Positions 28,298-37,357 of a DNA stretch of 56,472 nt are shown here, one piece after another. Under the pieces are notes generated by a model. It searched no databases and was not told the origin of the DNA. It worked only from the letters and a program-made list of their open reading frames with translations. Positions within the stretch are counted from its first letter, which is position 1; each line of letters starts with the position of its first letter. Source of the DNA: a virus (lineage: Duplodnaviria; Caudoviricetes); the IMG/VR virus record IMGVR_UViG_3300032006_000007, positions 1-56,472 of that record. The stretch is one strand, 5' to 3'. Both the position numbers and the translations under genes were made by a program.

Positions 28298-28932
28298 TAG
28301 TTATCTTTCTCCATTGTTTCTAGATTTGCTTTTGAATGTCTATAAAGATCAGCTTGATTAGTCATTTGACCTACTTTCATTTCTTCCATCCATCTCTTTC
28401 TATATGATTCTTTTTGATGTGCATCAACATCATCTATATTAAAGTCATCTTTATTCATCTGTTCTTGTTTTAATTGCTCCCATAAATTAATTTCTCTTAC
28501 TCTGTCATGTGCCTGTAATCTCATATTCATTAATGCAAACTTTTTTTGTTTAATTTCTGCATCTTTTATCATTCTTAATGCCTTTGATTTTTTACTTGCA
28601 CCTTTTGTTTCGTCATATTCACATTCCAATAACTCTAATTCACCCTGTGCTTTTTGATAGTCACATGATAATTGAATTAGGTTTGAAAAGAATGAATCTT
28701 GCTCACGAACACACTGCCAATACTTACTTGCTGGGGTAGGGAAAGACACATCATTTAGAACGGAATATCTCATTTCTGTTTCAGTTCTCCATACCTGTTT
28801 AACTTCAAATACTCTTTGTAATTCTTTTGATAATTTTGAAACTGACATTAAATCATCCTTCTCAAGAATATCCACATCTTTTATTTTATCTACACCTAAT
28901 TTTGTGTATTTGGTTATTTCGTTTTTGGTCAT
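28297..28932 (-). CDS. coiled-coil protein in tail-fibre cassette
   Basis: WRTETEMRYSVLND..FPTPASKYWQCVREQ followed by heptads. Confidence 0.7.
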   Translation of the reverse strand: MTKNEITKYTKLGVDKIKDVDILEKDDLMSVSKLSKELQRVFEVKQVWRTETEMRYSVLNDVSFPTPASKYWQCVREQDSFFSNLIQLSCDYQKAQGELELLECEYDETKGASKKSKALRMIKDAEIKQKKFALMNMRLQAHDRVREINLWEQLKQEQMNKDDFNIDDVDAHQKESYRKRWMEEMKVGQMTNQADLYRHSKANLETMEKDN

Positions 28933-31900
28933 CTTATTGTTCCATCTCCTAATCCAGCATACTGTGTTTCAGTCATGTTACCTTTTGCTGTCCAAGAACT
29001 TCCATTCCATAACGTACAATTATTCATAGAAGAACCACCATCTAAACCACACATAACCCAATGATGATCTTTATTTCCACCACCTGAAACATATCTAGGA
29101 GTAGTATCACTTCCTAAAGTTATTGCTGTAACAGAAGTCCAAGTTGTTCCATCCCAATCATAAGCATAAGCACCATTACCACCAGCTACATGAGCTGATT
29201 CTGCTGTTCTACCAGCATGGTTATGTGATGAGGTATCTTGAGGTAGTGCAGTTGTAGCTGACCAAGAACTACCATTCCATTTATCTGCTTCTTTACCTCT
29301 ACTACCACCTGTAATTAACATACTAGTATCTAAACCATCTCCACCAACGTGTTCACCAGCTTGACTTCCTACTGCTCCAGCACTTGACCAAGATGTACCG
29401 TTCCATTTTGATGATGAATCTACTTCTGTTCCAGAATTATTTCTTCCTAAAGCTATTATTGCACTTGATGGACTTCCACCATAAGCAGTTGTATCTCGTC
29501 TTTGAGTGTCTAATGCTACTGCTGAAGCCCATGAACTTCCATTCCAAATTGTTGATGAATCAAAGAAACTACCACTTGCAATATAACCACCACAAGCTTG
29601 AAAAGATGATTTATAACCACCACCAGCAGAATATCCTAAGTTATTTGGTAAGTTTGCACTATTAGTTGCCCATACATAATCTGTTGCCAATGATGTATTA
29701 TTTGTTAGACTTCCAGCACCACCACAATATAATCCGTCACCTGTTGAAGCATGAACTACTGCAAGATCAGTATGATAATCCATTAACCAAGTATTATCAG
29801 ATTGTTTCCAATAATATTTTGGTGTATCATCTGTTTGTTCAAAGATTGTGTTAACTGGTAGATTAGTCATTCCATCTAATTCGCTTGTTGTTGAAGCATT
29901 GTTTTTACAACCTTCTGTTGCTGTAACACCATCATAAACTTTCACTTCTCTAACCCAAGCTGTTCCGATATCACTATCGGCAGAATTTTCATTCCAATGC
30001 TGTATTCCAGTTAAACCATCAAGATTAGTTCCTACTGCTAAGTTAGATGATTCAAAATGTGGAGTTCCAGTTCTATCTGCATTTGTCCAAACTTTACATT
30101 TAATATTACTTCCATCACGATACATATCAACCCAATATTGTGTATTAACTGCTAGAGCATTATTACTTGATGTGACTTCTGCATAACTGTTAGTTTGACC
30201 TGACATTAATACGAATCTGTTATATGAACCACTTCCAGCTCCAAGAGGAGTTCCTTGTGGCATGAAGTTAATTGTTTTCAAACCTGAAACTTTGAATCCT
30301 TGAGTGTGATCACTTGTCAATGATACAAGACCTGCATCGTTTGTATTCCAATCTGCAATTTGGAATGTGAATTGACAAAGCCATTTACTATTAGACAATG
30401 TAGTTCCTAATGATTTACCAATACCTGAATCACCTACATTAACATCTGTATATGTCACTCCTTTGTTTGTAGTATCTATTGCTATATCACCACCTGTATC
30501 AACATCTGTCCAACCTGATGCAGAAGCATAATCATCATCAGGTGTAAAAATCGCTGTTGCACCCAAACTTGTACTATCCATAGTATAATGTGCTTTTAGA
30601 CCTGCTTTATTACTTAATGTTGAAACTAATGCACCTGTGCCACTATTATATAATGCTGTTATTTCTGTTGTAGATAAATTTCTATCCCAAAACGACATAT
30701 CATTTAAATCACCATCAAGATAAAATGTGCCTGAACCTCTTCTTCCTATATTTAATACGTGTTGTTGAGCACTTGATACTGGAGTTCCAGTAAATGAAGG
30801 ATAACTAGAGTCTGCTGATTTTTCTGTACCGTCAACATATGCCTTTAAATAACTGTTTGAAAGATCAGTCACTATTGCATAATGATGCCAATTACTATCA
30901 TTTGGGAAAAACTGTTGTGCATAGTATAATCCAATTTGCTGACTTGATGCGTTTGTAAATTCTATTTTTACTTTTCTATCTTCACTTGATGATGATCTAT
31001 CTAAGTAAACAATTTCAATTCCATTACTTGTTCCATCTGCTGTTGAAAGAACAACTCTTACATCACCTGATTCAGGTGTATCTTTTTTAAGCCAAAATGT
31101 GATAGTATTTTTTCCACCATCATGTAAGAATGTAAAGTCACTTGTTGAACCTGCTGTCACATAATCATTTGTTCCATCAAAAGAATAAGCACCTGTGCCA
31201 AGTTTGTAATTATCAGTTGAGAATGTGACACCTGTATTTGTTCCATTGTTAGAACCTTGTGAATCATTTGTATCACTAGATAAATTATATTTTGAAACTA
31301 AACCTGATGTTGAAGGACTTGTGACAGGCGTTCCACTATTGTATAATGTAGTGACTTCTGATTGTGTTAATGCATCGTTGTAAACTAATGCTTGATACAT
31401 ACCACCTTCAAATTTATGATCATTTCCATTTGCACTCCAACCTATTCTAGCATTATATGTTCCAGCAGAACTGTTTGCTGTCATTGAACCTGATTTTTGT
31501 AATACTCCATTTCGATAAATTTTACCTGTTGTTCCATCGTATGTGACACACAAGTGTTGCCATTCATCACCAGTGAGAATTTCTGAATCTGTTGTAATAC
31601 TACTATCAGTTGAACCCCAAATTCCAAACAAAACAAGTGTTTTACCACCACTATGATCACTATGTCTAATTGTAAATCCATTGTTTGAACTACTTGCATC
31701 ACTATTATCAAATATTATATCATTACCTGTACTACTAATATTAGATGGTTTAAGCCATACCGAAAAACTTCCAGCTTGTTGCATTTGGTTAAACTTTGTT
31801 GCAAATGTAATATAATCATTAGAACCATCAAATACTGCATAATCTTTTATAGGTATTAATGAAACTCCAGTATTTGTTCCATCAACATCTGAACCTAATG

Positions 31901-31964
31901 AGTCACTAACTCTATCAGCTTTAGTTCCCTGTATTCTCTTTGCTCCTAGATATGTAATAGCCAT
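28929..31964 (-). CDS. large adhesin/receptor-binding protein C: two LamG domains, beta-sandwich, Kelch-like repeats
   Basis: FDGSNDY/WQHLCVTYDG and FDGTNDY/WHHYAIV LamG motifs; C-terminal WNGSSW repeats. Start set at the TAATG overlap (MAITYLG). Confidence 0.8.
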   Translation of the reverse strand: MAITYLGAKRIQGTKADRVSDSLGSDVDGTNTGVSLIPIKDYAVFDGSNDYITFATKFNQMQQAGSFSVWLKPSNISSTGNDIIFDNSDASSSNNGFTIRHSDHSGGKTLVLFGIWGSTDSSITTDSEILTGDEWQHLCVTYDGTTGKIYRNGVLQKSGSMTANSSAGTYNARIGWSANGNDHKFEGGMYQALVYNDALTQSEVTTLYNSGTPVTSPSTSGLVSKYNLSSDTNDSQGSNNGTNTGVTFSTDNYKLGTGAYSFDGTNDYVTAGSTSDFTFLHDGGKNTITFWLKKDTPESGDVRVVLSTADGTSNGIEIVYLDRSSSSEDRKVKIEFTNASSQQIGLYYAQQFFPNDSNWHHYAIVTDLSNSYLKAYVDGTEKSADSSYPSFTGTPVSSAQQHVLNIGRRGSGTFYLDGDLNDMSFWDRNLSTTEITALYNSGTGALVSTLSNKAGLKAHYTMDSTSLGATAIFTPDDDYASASGWTDVDTGGDIAIDTTNKGVTYTDVNVGDSGIGKSLGTTLSNSKWLCQFTFQIADWNTNDAGLVSLTSDHTQGFKVSGLKTINFMPQGTPLGAGSGSYNRFVLMSGQTNSYAEVTSSNNALAVNTQYWVDMYRDGSNIKCKVWTNADRTGTPHFESSNLAVGTNLDGLTGIQHWNENSADSDIGTAWVREVKVYDGVTATEGCKNNASTTSELDGMTNLPVNTIFEQTDDTPKYYWKQSDNTWLMDYHTDLAVVHASTGDGLYCGGAGSLTNNTSLATDYVWATNSANLPNNLGYSAGGGYKSSFQACGGYIASGSFFDSSTIWNGSSWASAVALDTQRRDTTAYGGSPSSAIIALGRNNSGTEVDSSSKWNGTSWSSAGAVGSQAGEHVGGDGLDTSMLITGGSRGKEADKWNGSSWSATTALPQDTSSHNHAGRTAESAHVAGGNGAYAYDWDGTTWTSVTAITLGSDTTPRYVSGGGNKDHHWVMCGLDGGSSMNNCTLWNGSSWTAKGNMTETQYAGLGDGTIR

Positions 31965-33211
31965 TATGCAGTACCTCTCTCTTTCCATTCAGCATCTACT
32001 TTTGAAGCACCATTGTAAAACTTCACATCGTCAATAATACCTGTAATAGTTCTACCACCACCACTATCTACTCTGTTTGCTATTTTAATATATCGTAAAC
32101 TTTGTGTTGATGATGAAACACTATAAGAAAGTGTTGTAAATGCTTTAGTAGAATAAGAAGAATCAGAAAATATATCAATAGTAGCATTTGTAGATGATGT
32201 TCTAATAATTTGAACATAATAATCAGTTGATGTTGATGGTGTCCAATTAACAGTTGAAGAACCTGCACCTAATGGGAATGTTCCATCATTTGTTGTTGCA
32301 CTTCTCATCACGTTTGTGCCATCCATGTTCATATCAATACCAATAAAGTCTTGTGATGTTGTACTTCCAGCAGATTCATCTTTATCTGATAGACCTACCC
32401 AAATATCATTACCATTTGCTGAACCACCTGAAATAGCAGAAAAATTGATTTTAAATCTTAGAACCCATTTATCATTACTAACACTTGTTAAATCATATAC
32501 ACAAGTATCATTTGATCCATCTCTCATCATATTAAAGTCTAAATCATTGTCAGTTGTATTAACTCCTATCTTTGAAGAATCAGAATCAGTCCAACCATCT
32601 GTTCCTGAAAAATCATCTGAAAATGTTACAGTAGCACCTGCTGTTCTACGGTAAATCTTACGAGTATCTGTTTCTTCATAACGTGTACCTGCTTCTACGT
32701 TTGTTAGTGTAGTTTTTTCATCTTCCGTTCCATCTTCAGCATCACCAAAAACAGTAATGTAAGAACCTGTATCATAACTACCTGAACCATCATTTGTGAC
32801 AGTAATTTGTGTTATCTGTGCCGATGTGTTTTGCCATTTTCCAACCCATTCAGATCTACTTGGAGCATTACTTGCACCTGCTGTGTTAATATTATATTCT
32901 CCGAATATTAGTTTCCATTTATCGGCTTTATTTGTTATATCTAATTGTAAATATCTATCTTCTGTAGTATCACCATACACTTCAAGTTGTGCTTGAGATG
33001 TATCTGATGAATCAGCAGCACCATCATTACTTCTACGTCTATTATAATTATTACCTGAGTCAGAATTAAATCTTATATTCTCTTTAATATTTCCACCTGA
33101 AGCTATTGTATGAATTACAACTCTAAGTTTATGACAACCAGTAATTGTACCAGTATCTAATATATCACCAGCACTGCTTAAGGCAACATGAGAAAGTCTT
33201 GTCCAAGCCAT
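31964..33211 (-). CDS. tail adhesin module B (X domain, scaffold C-half, inserted beta-sandwich)
   Basis: RFNSDSGNNY X motif; TLTNVEAGTRYEETDTRKIY; second domain paralogous to one in gene C. Confidence 0.7.
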   Translation of the reverse strand: MAWTRLSHVALSSAGDILDTGTITGCHKLRVVIHTIASGGNIKENIRFNSDSGNNYNRRRSNDGAADSSDTSQAQLEVYGDTTEDRYLQLDITNKADKWKLIFGEYNINTAGASNAPSRSEWVGKWQNTSAQITQITVTNDGSGSYDTGSYITVFGDAEDGTEDEKTTLTNVEAGTRYEETDTRKIYRRTAGATVTFSDDFSGTDGWTDSDSSKIGVNTTDNDLDFNMMRDGSNDTCVYDLTSVSNDKWVLRFKINFSAISGGSANGNDIWVGLSDKDESAGSTTSQDFIGIDMNMDGTNVMRSATTNDGTFPLGAGSSTVNWTPSTSTDYYVQIIRTSSTNATIDIFSDSSYSTKAFTTLSYSVSSSTQSLRYIKIANRVDSGGGRTITGIIDDVKFYNGASKVDAEWKERGTA

Positions 33212-34257
33212 TAGTTAGCTCCCCATACGGTAATTCTACTACCGACTCCGATGTTTCCACTACCACCATTTGCAGTTTGAACGCTTGTAATCTGTGATGA
33301 TGTATTAACCCATTTAGAAGTAAATTCTTTTCTTCGTGGTTCTTGATTATTTGAATTTGAATCTGTACAAGTACCAGTAATTAATTTCTCTTTATCTGAT
33401 TTATTTACAATGAAAAATTCTGCGTAATGATCAACAGAACCATTATGAGTTGCATATAATACACCTGAAATGCTTGTATTGGTATCAGATGCAGCACCAT
33501 TATTTGCTTTTCTAAATGAATAATTATTACCACTGTCAGCATTAAATCTAAGATAATTCATATCTAGAGCACCGTCAGCTATTTCATGCACTTGAATCCA
33601 TAGATATTTTTTAGATGTAAAAGTGCCTGTGTCCATAGCATCACCAGCAGTTGTTTGTGTAAAGTCAGCTAATCTTTCCCAATATGGTGTTCCACCATCT
33701 GCTTCGTCATTATCACAACCTAAAACAACTAGTTCACTTCCAGCTTCAAAATCACCTGTTGATGTATTTACTATTTCTATTCTTGTTACTTGATCAGAAG
33801 TATTTGCCCATTTAAATATTTGTTCTCTACTACTAGGTGCATTTCCAGCACCATCAGCGTTACTACCAGTAACATGACCTATACATAATTTTTCTTTTGA
33901 TGCAGTATTTACAAATGTAAAACAACCAAAGTTTTCATTAACTACACCACTATGTAATGCTATATTAGCTTGACTTGTTGCTGTGGCATCAGTTCCACCA
34001 TTTAAAGAATAACGTTCTGAATAATTACTACCACTATCTCCGTTGAATCTTATCCTAATATTTTGATCGCCTGATGAAGGTCTTAAAATATGAAATTGAA
34101 ACATAATATTATCTTTTGCAGTAAATGTACTTGTATCTAATGTATCACCTGTTGAACCTAATGTAACTCTATCTAATTCTTTCCAACTTGTTTTAGCTGG
34201 TGGTACTGTTAATGTAGAACTACCTTGGATTCTACCACCGTCTAAATATTCTACCAT
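33211..34257 (-). CDS. tail adhesin module A (scaffold N-half plus two X domains)
   Basis: MVEYLDGGRIQGS; two RFNxDSGxNY domains. Confidence 0.7.
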   Translation of the reverse strand: MVEYLDGGRIQGSSTLTVPPAKTSWKELDRVTLGSTGDTLDTSTFTAKDNIMFQFHILRPSSGDQNIRIRFNGDSGSNYSERYSLNGGTDATATSQANIALHSGVVNENFGCFTFVNTASKEKLCIGHVTGSNADGAGNAPSSREQIFKWANTSDQVTRIEIVNTSTGDFEAGSELVVLGCDNDEADGGTPYWERLADFTQTTAGDAMDTGTFTSKKYLWIQVHEIADGALDMNYLRFNADSGNNYSFRKANNGAASDTNTSISGVLYATHNGSVDHYAEFFIVNKSDKEKLITGTCTDSNSNNQEPRRKEFTSKWVNTSSQITSVQTANGGSGNIGVGSRITVWGAN

Positions 34258-34258
34258 G

Positions 34259-35338
34259 TTATGCTATTTGTATTTCAACAAGAGCACCATTCTTGTGAAT
34301 AACTGTAAACACACCCTCATTATTTGTGTCTATTTTACGAATGTAAACATCTCTATTACCTGAACCACTTGCTAATGAACCAACTGTTGTACCAATAGTT
34401 TGTGATTCACCTGATTGACCTGCATAAGATGTAGTTGTTGAGTTATCAAATACTGAAAATACTCCTCCTCCAGTTGCTACTTCAGCCCAAGTTAATCCAC
34501 CTGTATTACCTGACTGTGCTTGTAGATAATATCCGTTTGTAGGTGTATTACTTACCTTTAGATTTGCTTCATCAACAATATTATCTGCTATTGTTGTTGC
34601 ATTACCTGATGAGGTTACTTCGCCTGTTAAGTTTGCATTAGTAGTTACTGTTGCTGCGTTACCTGTACAAGAAGCTGAACTACCTGTGGTATTTTGGTTT
34701 AATGTTGCTACTCTTGCTGCTGCTAGAGTACCACTACTTATGTTACTTGCGTTAGTTGTATCTGTTGTTGCACTTGCTGCAAAACCTGCTTCTGTTGGTG
34801 TTTGATTTATCCATTTTGAAGTTGAATTATCATATGCTAAAAGTTCATTATCTCCTACTGATGTGACTGTTACATCTCCAACATCTGCAATAGCATTAAC
34901 GACTCCACCACCATACCCATACCAGTAATTTCCCTTTCTGATTAGGATTGTTGGACTGGTGGATGAGAGTGTTTCATTCTGACCACTTACTGTTTTTATT
35001 TGTCCATCTGCACTAGGACTTCCAGTATGTGTTAAAGTGATTGTATCACCTGTATCTGCAAATAAGTATATTAAATCATACTGACTTGTGTTTGTAATTG
35101 CTAATTTATCAAGTACGTCTGATGTTCCAGACTCTGCTGCTGCAACTGTAATAGTATCTGTAACTGTTAACACACCACTAGATATAGTACGTGTGGCATT
35201 TGCTGGAGAAAATCCCAACATACCTTGTGCATCTGGATCAGCATTCCATTCATTTGAACCAACGGGGGAACTCCCATCATCAGGGTATGTGTTAGTGTCT
35301 ACCTGTGTTGCGTGTTTGTAAAGTGCTTTTCTAGCCAA
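34259..35338 (-). CDS. tail fibre protein
   Basis: Thr/Ser/Gly-rich; LAYDNSTSKWIN, NASNISSGTLAAAR and ANLTGEVTSSGNAT fibre motifs. Confidence 0.75.
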   Translation of the reverse strand: MARKALYKHATQVDTNTYPDDGSSPVGSNEWNADPDAQGMLGFSPANATRTISSGVLTVTDTITVAAAESGTSDVLDKLAITNTSQYDLIYLFADTGDTITLTHTGSPSADGQIKTVSGQNETLSSTSPTILIRKGNYWYGYGGGVVNAIADVGDVTVTSVGDNELLAYDNSTSKWINQTPTEAGFAASATTDTTNASNISSGTLAAARVATLNQNTTGSSASCTGNAATVTTNANLTGEVTSSGNATTIADNIVDEANLKVSNTPTNGYYLQAQSGNTGGLTWAEVATGGGVFSVFDNSTTTSYAGQSGESQTIGTTVGSLASGSGNRDVYIRKIDTNNEGVFTVIHKNGALVEIQIA

Positions 35339-35453
35339 GTTTTACCACCACATTTTCATGAGTTCTTACTTTGTCGTTTAATCCTTCTTGTGGAGTATGA
35401 TTAAGTCTTTCTAATAGTTTAAAGACTCCACCCATTGTGAGTTTATTAGCCAT
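35331..35453 (-). CDS. 40-aa hypothetical protein (not in ORF track)
   Basis: MANKLTMGGVFKLLERLNHTPQEGLNDKVRTHENVVVKLG; fills the gap between tail genes. Confidence 0.55.
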   Translation of the reverse strand: MANKLTMGGVFKLLERLNHTPQEGLNDKVRTHENVVVKLG

Positions 35454-35457
35454 TTGG

Positions 35458-36006
35458 CTATACTCCATTGAAGGTGTGATTTACGAAAATTTTCAGAGTG
35501 TCTGAAGTTGTCTTGTTAAATGATGTAATACTGAAATGAGATAATACTTTTGTACCTGATGCTGGACTTCCTCCACCTACGTGAATACATCCACCAATGA
35601 TTGCGTTTGCGTTAAAGTCTGATGTTGTCCAACTGGTTCTCCAAGTTACAATATCTGTACCTGCACCTGTGTTGTCAGAGTCACCGTCATTAGTTTTAGG
35701 ATAATTAGAATCTAATGCTTTTCTTGATGCTGTTACTGGTGTTGCTACCTGTGCATATGCATCTCCTTTTGCTGGAGTTGCTGAACCTGTTCTTAATTCC
35801 ATTCTACCATTAGAACCTCCAAAGTCACTTGTTGGTGATTCACCTGCTGCCTTTTGTGCATAGTATAAATCTCCATCATTTGTAACAATATTCTCTGCAT
35901 ATAACCATGATTTATTACCCTCAGAATCTTCCTTGACGATACATACGTTAAGGTCTGGATTTATCCAGTTTGTTCTTGGTGTTTTTGATTCGAATAGTCC
36001 AATCAT
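35458..36006 (-). CDS. baseplate/fibre-anchor protein
   Basis: NIVTNDG...FNKTTSDTLKI; paralogous to 36890..37357. Confidence 0.6.
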   Translation of the reverse strand: MIGLFESKTPRTNWINPDLNVCIVKEDSEGNKSWLYAENIVTNDGDLYYAQKAAGESPTSDFGGSNGRMELRTGSATPAKGDAYAQVATPVTASRKALDSNYPKTNDGDSDNTGAGTDIVTWRTSWTTSDFNANAIIGGCIHVGGGSPASGTKVLSHFSITSFNKTTSDTLKIFVNHTFNGV

Positions 36007-36044
36007 ACTGTATCTACTAATTAGTTAGAGTATTTAAAGATTTT

Positions 36045-36893
36045 CTATGTCCTCATTATATATGCTATTTCATAGAATGCAGGTCTGTTTTCGTGAGCAC
36101 CACCACCACCTGTGTTTTGAATATTTGCTGTACCAGTTCCAACAGAAACACCAATGTCACCCATAGTAGCATTTGCTGCTCCTTGACTATGAGGTCTTGT
36201 TTGAGTACTACTACCACTAGAATTATAAGGAGCACCTGACCATTTAGAATTTGGATGACCGTGTCCAGAATCTGTGTGATTATGTGCTGGCATTTCAGCA
36301 GTTGTTAATGTATGAGTATCAGAACCACCAGTAGTTCCCGGATTAGTAGAGTTTGTTGCAACTCCTCTTATAAATTTAGCAATTAAATTTGGTGTACCAT
36401 TACTACCATCACATAAAACCCAACCAGTAGGAATGTTTGCAAGTGTTCCAGACCACATAATAATACCACCCTTTGGTACAAGATAATATTGACCTGCTAC
36501 AGCAGATGTAAATGTTTGATCTACACTTGTAACAGCAGAACCACTAGCAACACACGTTGCAATTTTTATAGAATCTGCTGGTGCGCTTCCAGTTGTATTT
36601 GCTACTAATGACCAAGATTCAGCTTCACTATTACTATCTCTTGCCAAAACAACATAAATATGATTTGTATTACTTGCAGTAACGGTTACTGCTTCTGTTG
36701 CTGTGTTGTTAACATATAATCCTTTTAATGATATTTTACCTGCTGCTACGTTTGCAGCTAATCCACTTCCAGCAGTTACTGTAAAACCACTTTTAATATG
36801 ATCTTGAACATGAGAATTCATCTCTTCAAAATCTGATGGTTCTATAACTTTTGCAGAAACTGAATCAGATCTTGGTATAAGTATTCTACTCAT
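36045..36893 (-). CDS. tail fibre protein with tail-collar domain
   Basis: PKGGIIMWSG..IPTGWVLCDGSNGTPNL...HTLTTAEMPAHNH...HENRPAF..IAYIM. Confidence 0.85.
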   Translation of the reverse strand: MSRILIPRSDSVSAKVIEPSDFEEMNSHVQDHIKSGFTVTAGSGLAANVAAGKISLKGLYVNNTATEAVTVTASNTNHIYVVLARDSNSEAESWSLVANTTGSAPADSIKIATCVASGSAVTSVDQTFTSAVAGQYYLVPKGGIIMWSGTLANIPTGWVLCDGSNGTPNLIAKFIRGVATNSTNPGTTGGSDTHTLTTAEMPAHNHTDSGHGHPNSKWSGAPYNSSGSSTQTRPHSQGAANATMGDIGVSVGTGTANIQNTGGGGAHENRPAFYEIAYIMRT

Positions 36894-37357
36894 AAGCTAA
36901 GTTGCCACTCCACGATTGCCCTTTTAGACGATGTTTTAACTAATGGAGATGAATCAACCTGCCTTGCCCACATTACCGGACTACCTTGATTATCTCTAAG
37001 ACCTAATTCATTCCATGTGAAGTTACCTTCTGAATAACCAAAATCAGCACTCAAGAATAATGTAGGTCTGACATATACTCTTTCACTACTAGCAATTGTT
37101 TTCCAGTATTTATTAGAAGATGCTTGTAAGTCTGTTTGACCTGCTGCTACTGCTGAAGTTGAATCCCCAACACCTATAGCATTTCCATAACCACCACCAG
37201 TGATATTTCCTAAGTATTTTAATATAGAATCTTTACCCACATTTACTACTAAATTCTTATTAATTGTATCTCTAACAAGTTTTTCAGAGCCATCAGCTTG
37301 TTTTTCCCAAACTTTTATATGAACATGACCGTTTAACGGTACTACTTCATTACTCAT
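36890..37357 (-). CDS. baseplate/fibre-anchor protein
   Basis: NLVVNVG..IGVGD..NFTWNELGL..KTS. Confidence 0.6.
   Translation of the reverse strand: MSNEVVPLNGHVHIKVWEKQADGSEKLVRDTINKNLVVNVGKDSILKYLGNITGGGYGNAIGVGDSTSAVAAGQTDLQASSNKYWKTIASSERVYVRPTLFLSADFGYSEGNFTWNELGLRDNQGSPVMWARQVDSSPLVKTSSKRAIVEWQLSL

Noticed and set aside
31965-31988. Listed start of the 1019-aa adhesin
   Set aside because: The TAATG-coupled MAITYLG start matches the paralogous N-termini.
33200-33225. Frameshift fusing adhesin genes A/B (and E/F at 27239)
   Set aside because: The downstream frame has a stop two codons before the ATG in both junctions and there is no slippery heptamer. SD-like GGGGAG/GGGGTG favours re-initiation.
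26661-34257. Diversity-generating retroelement or invertible shufflon acting on fibre genes
   Set aside because: No reverse transcriptase or recombinase. The paralogous segments differ at all bases and share one orientation.
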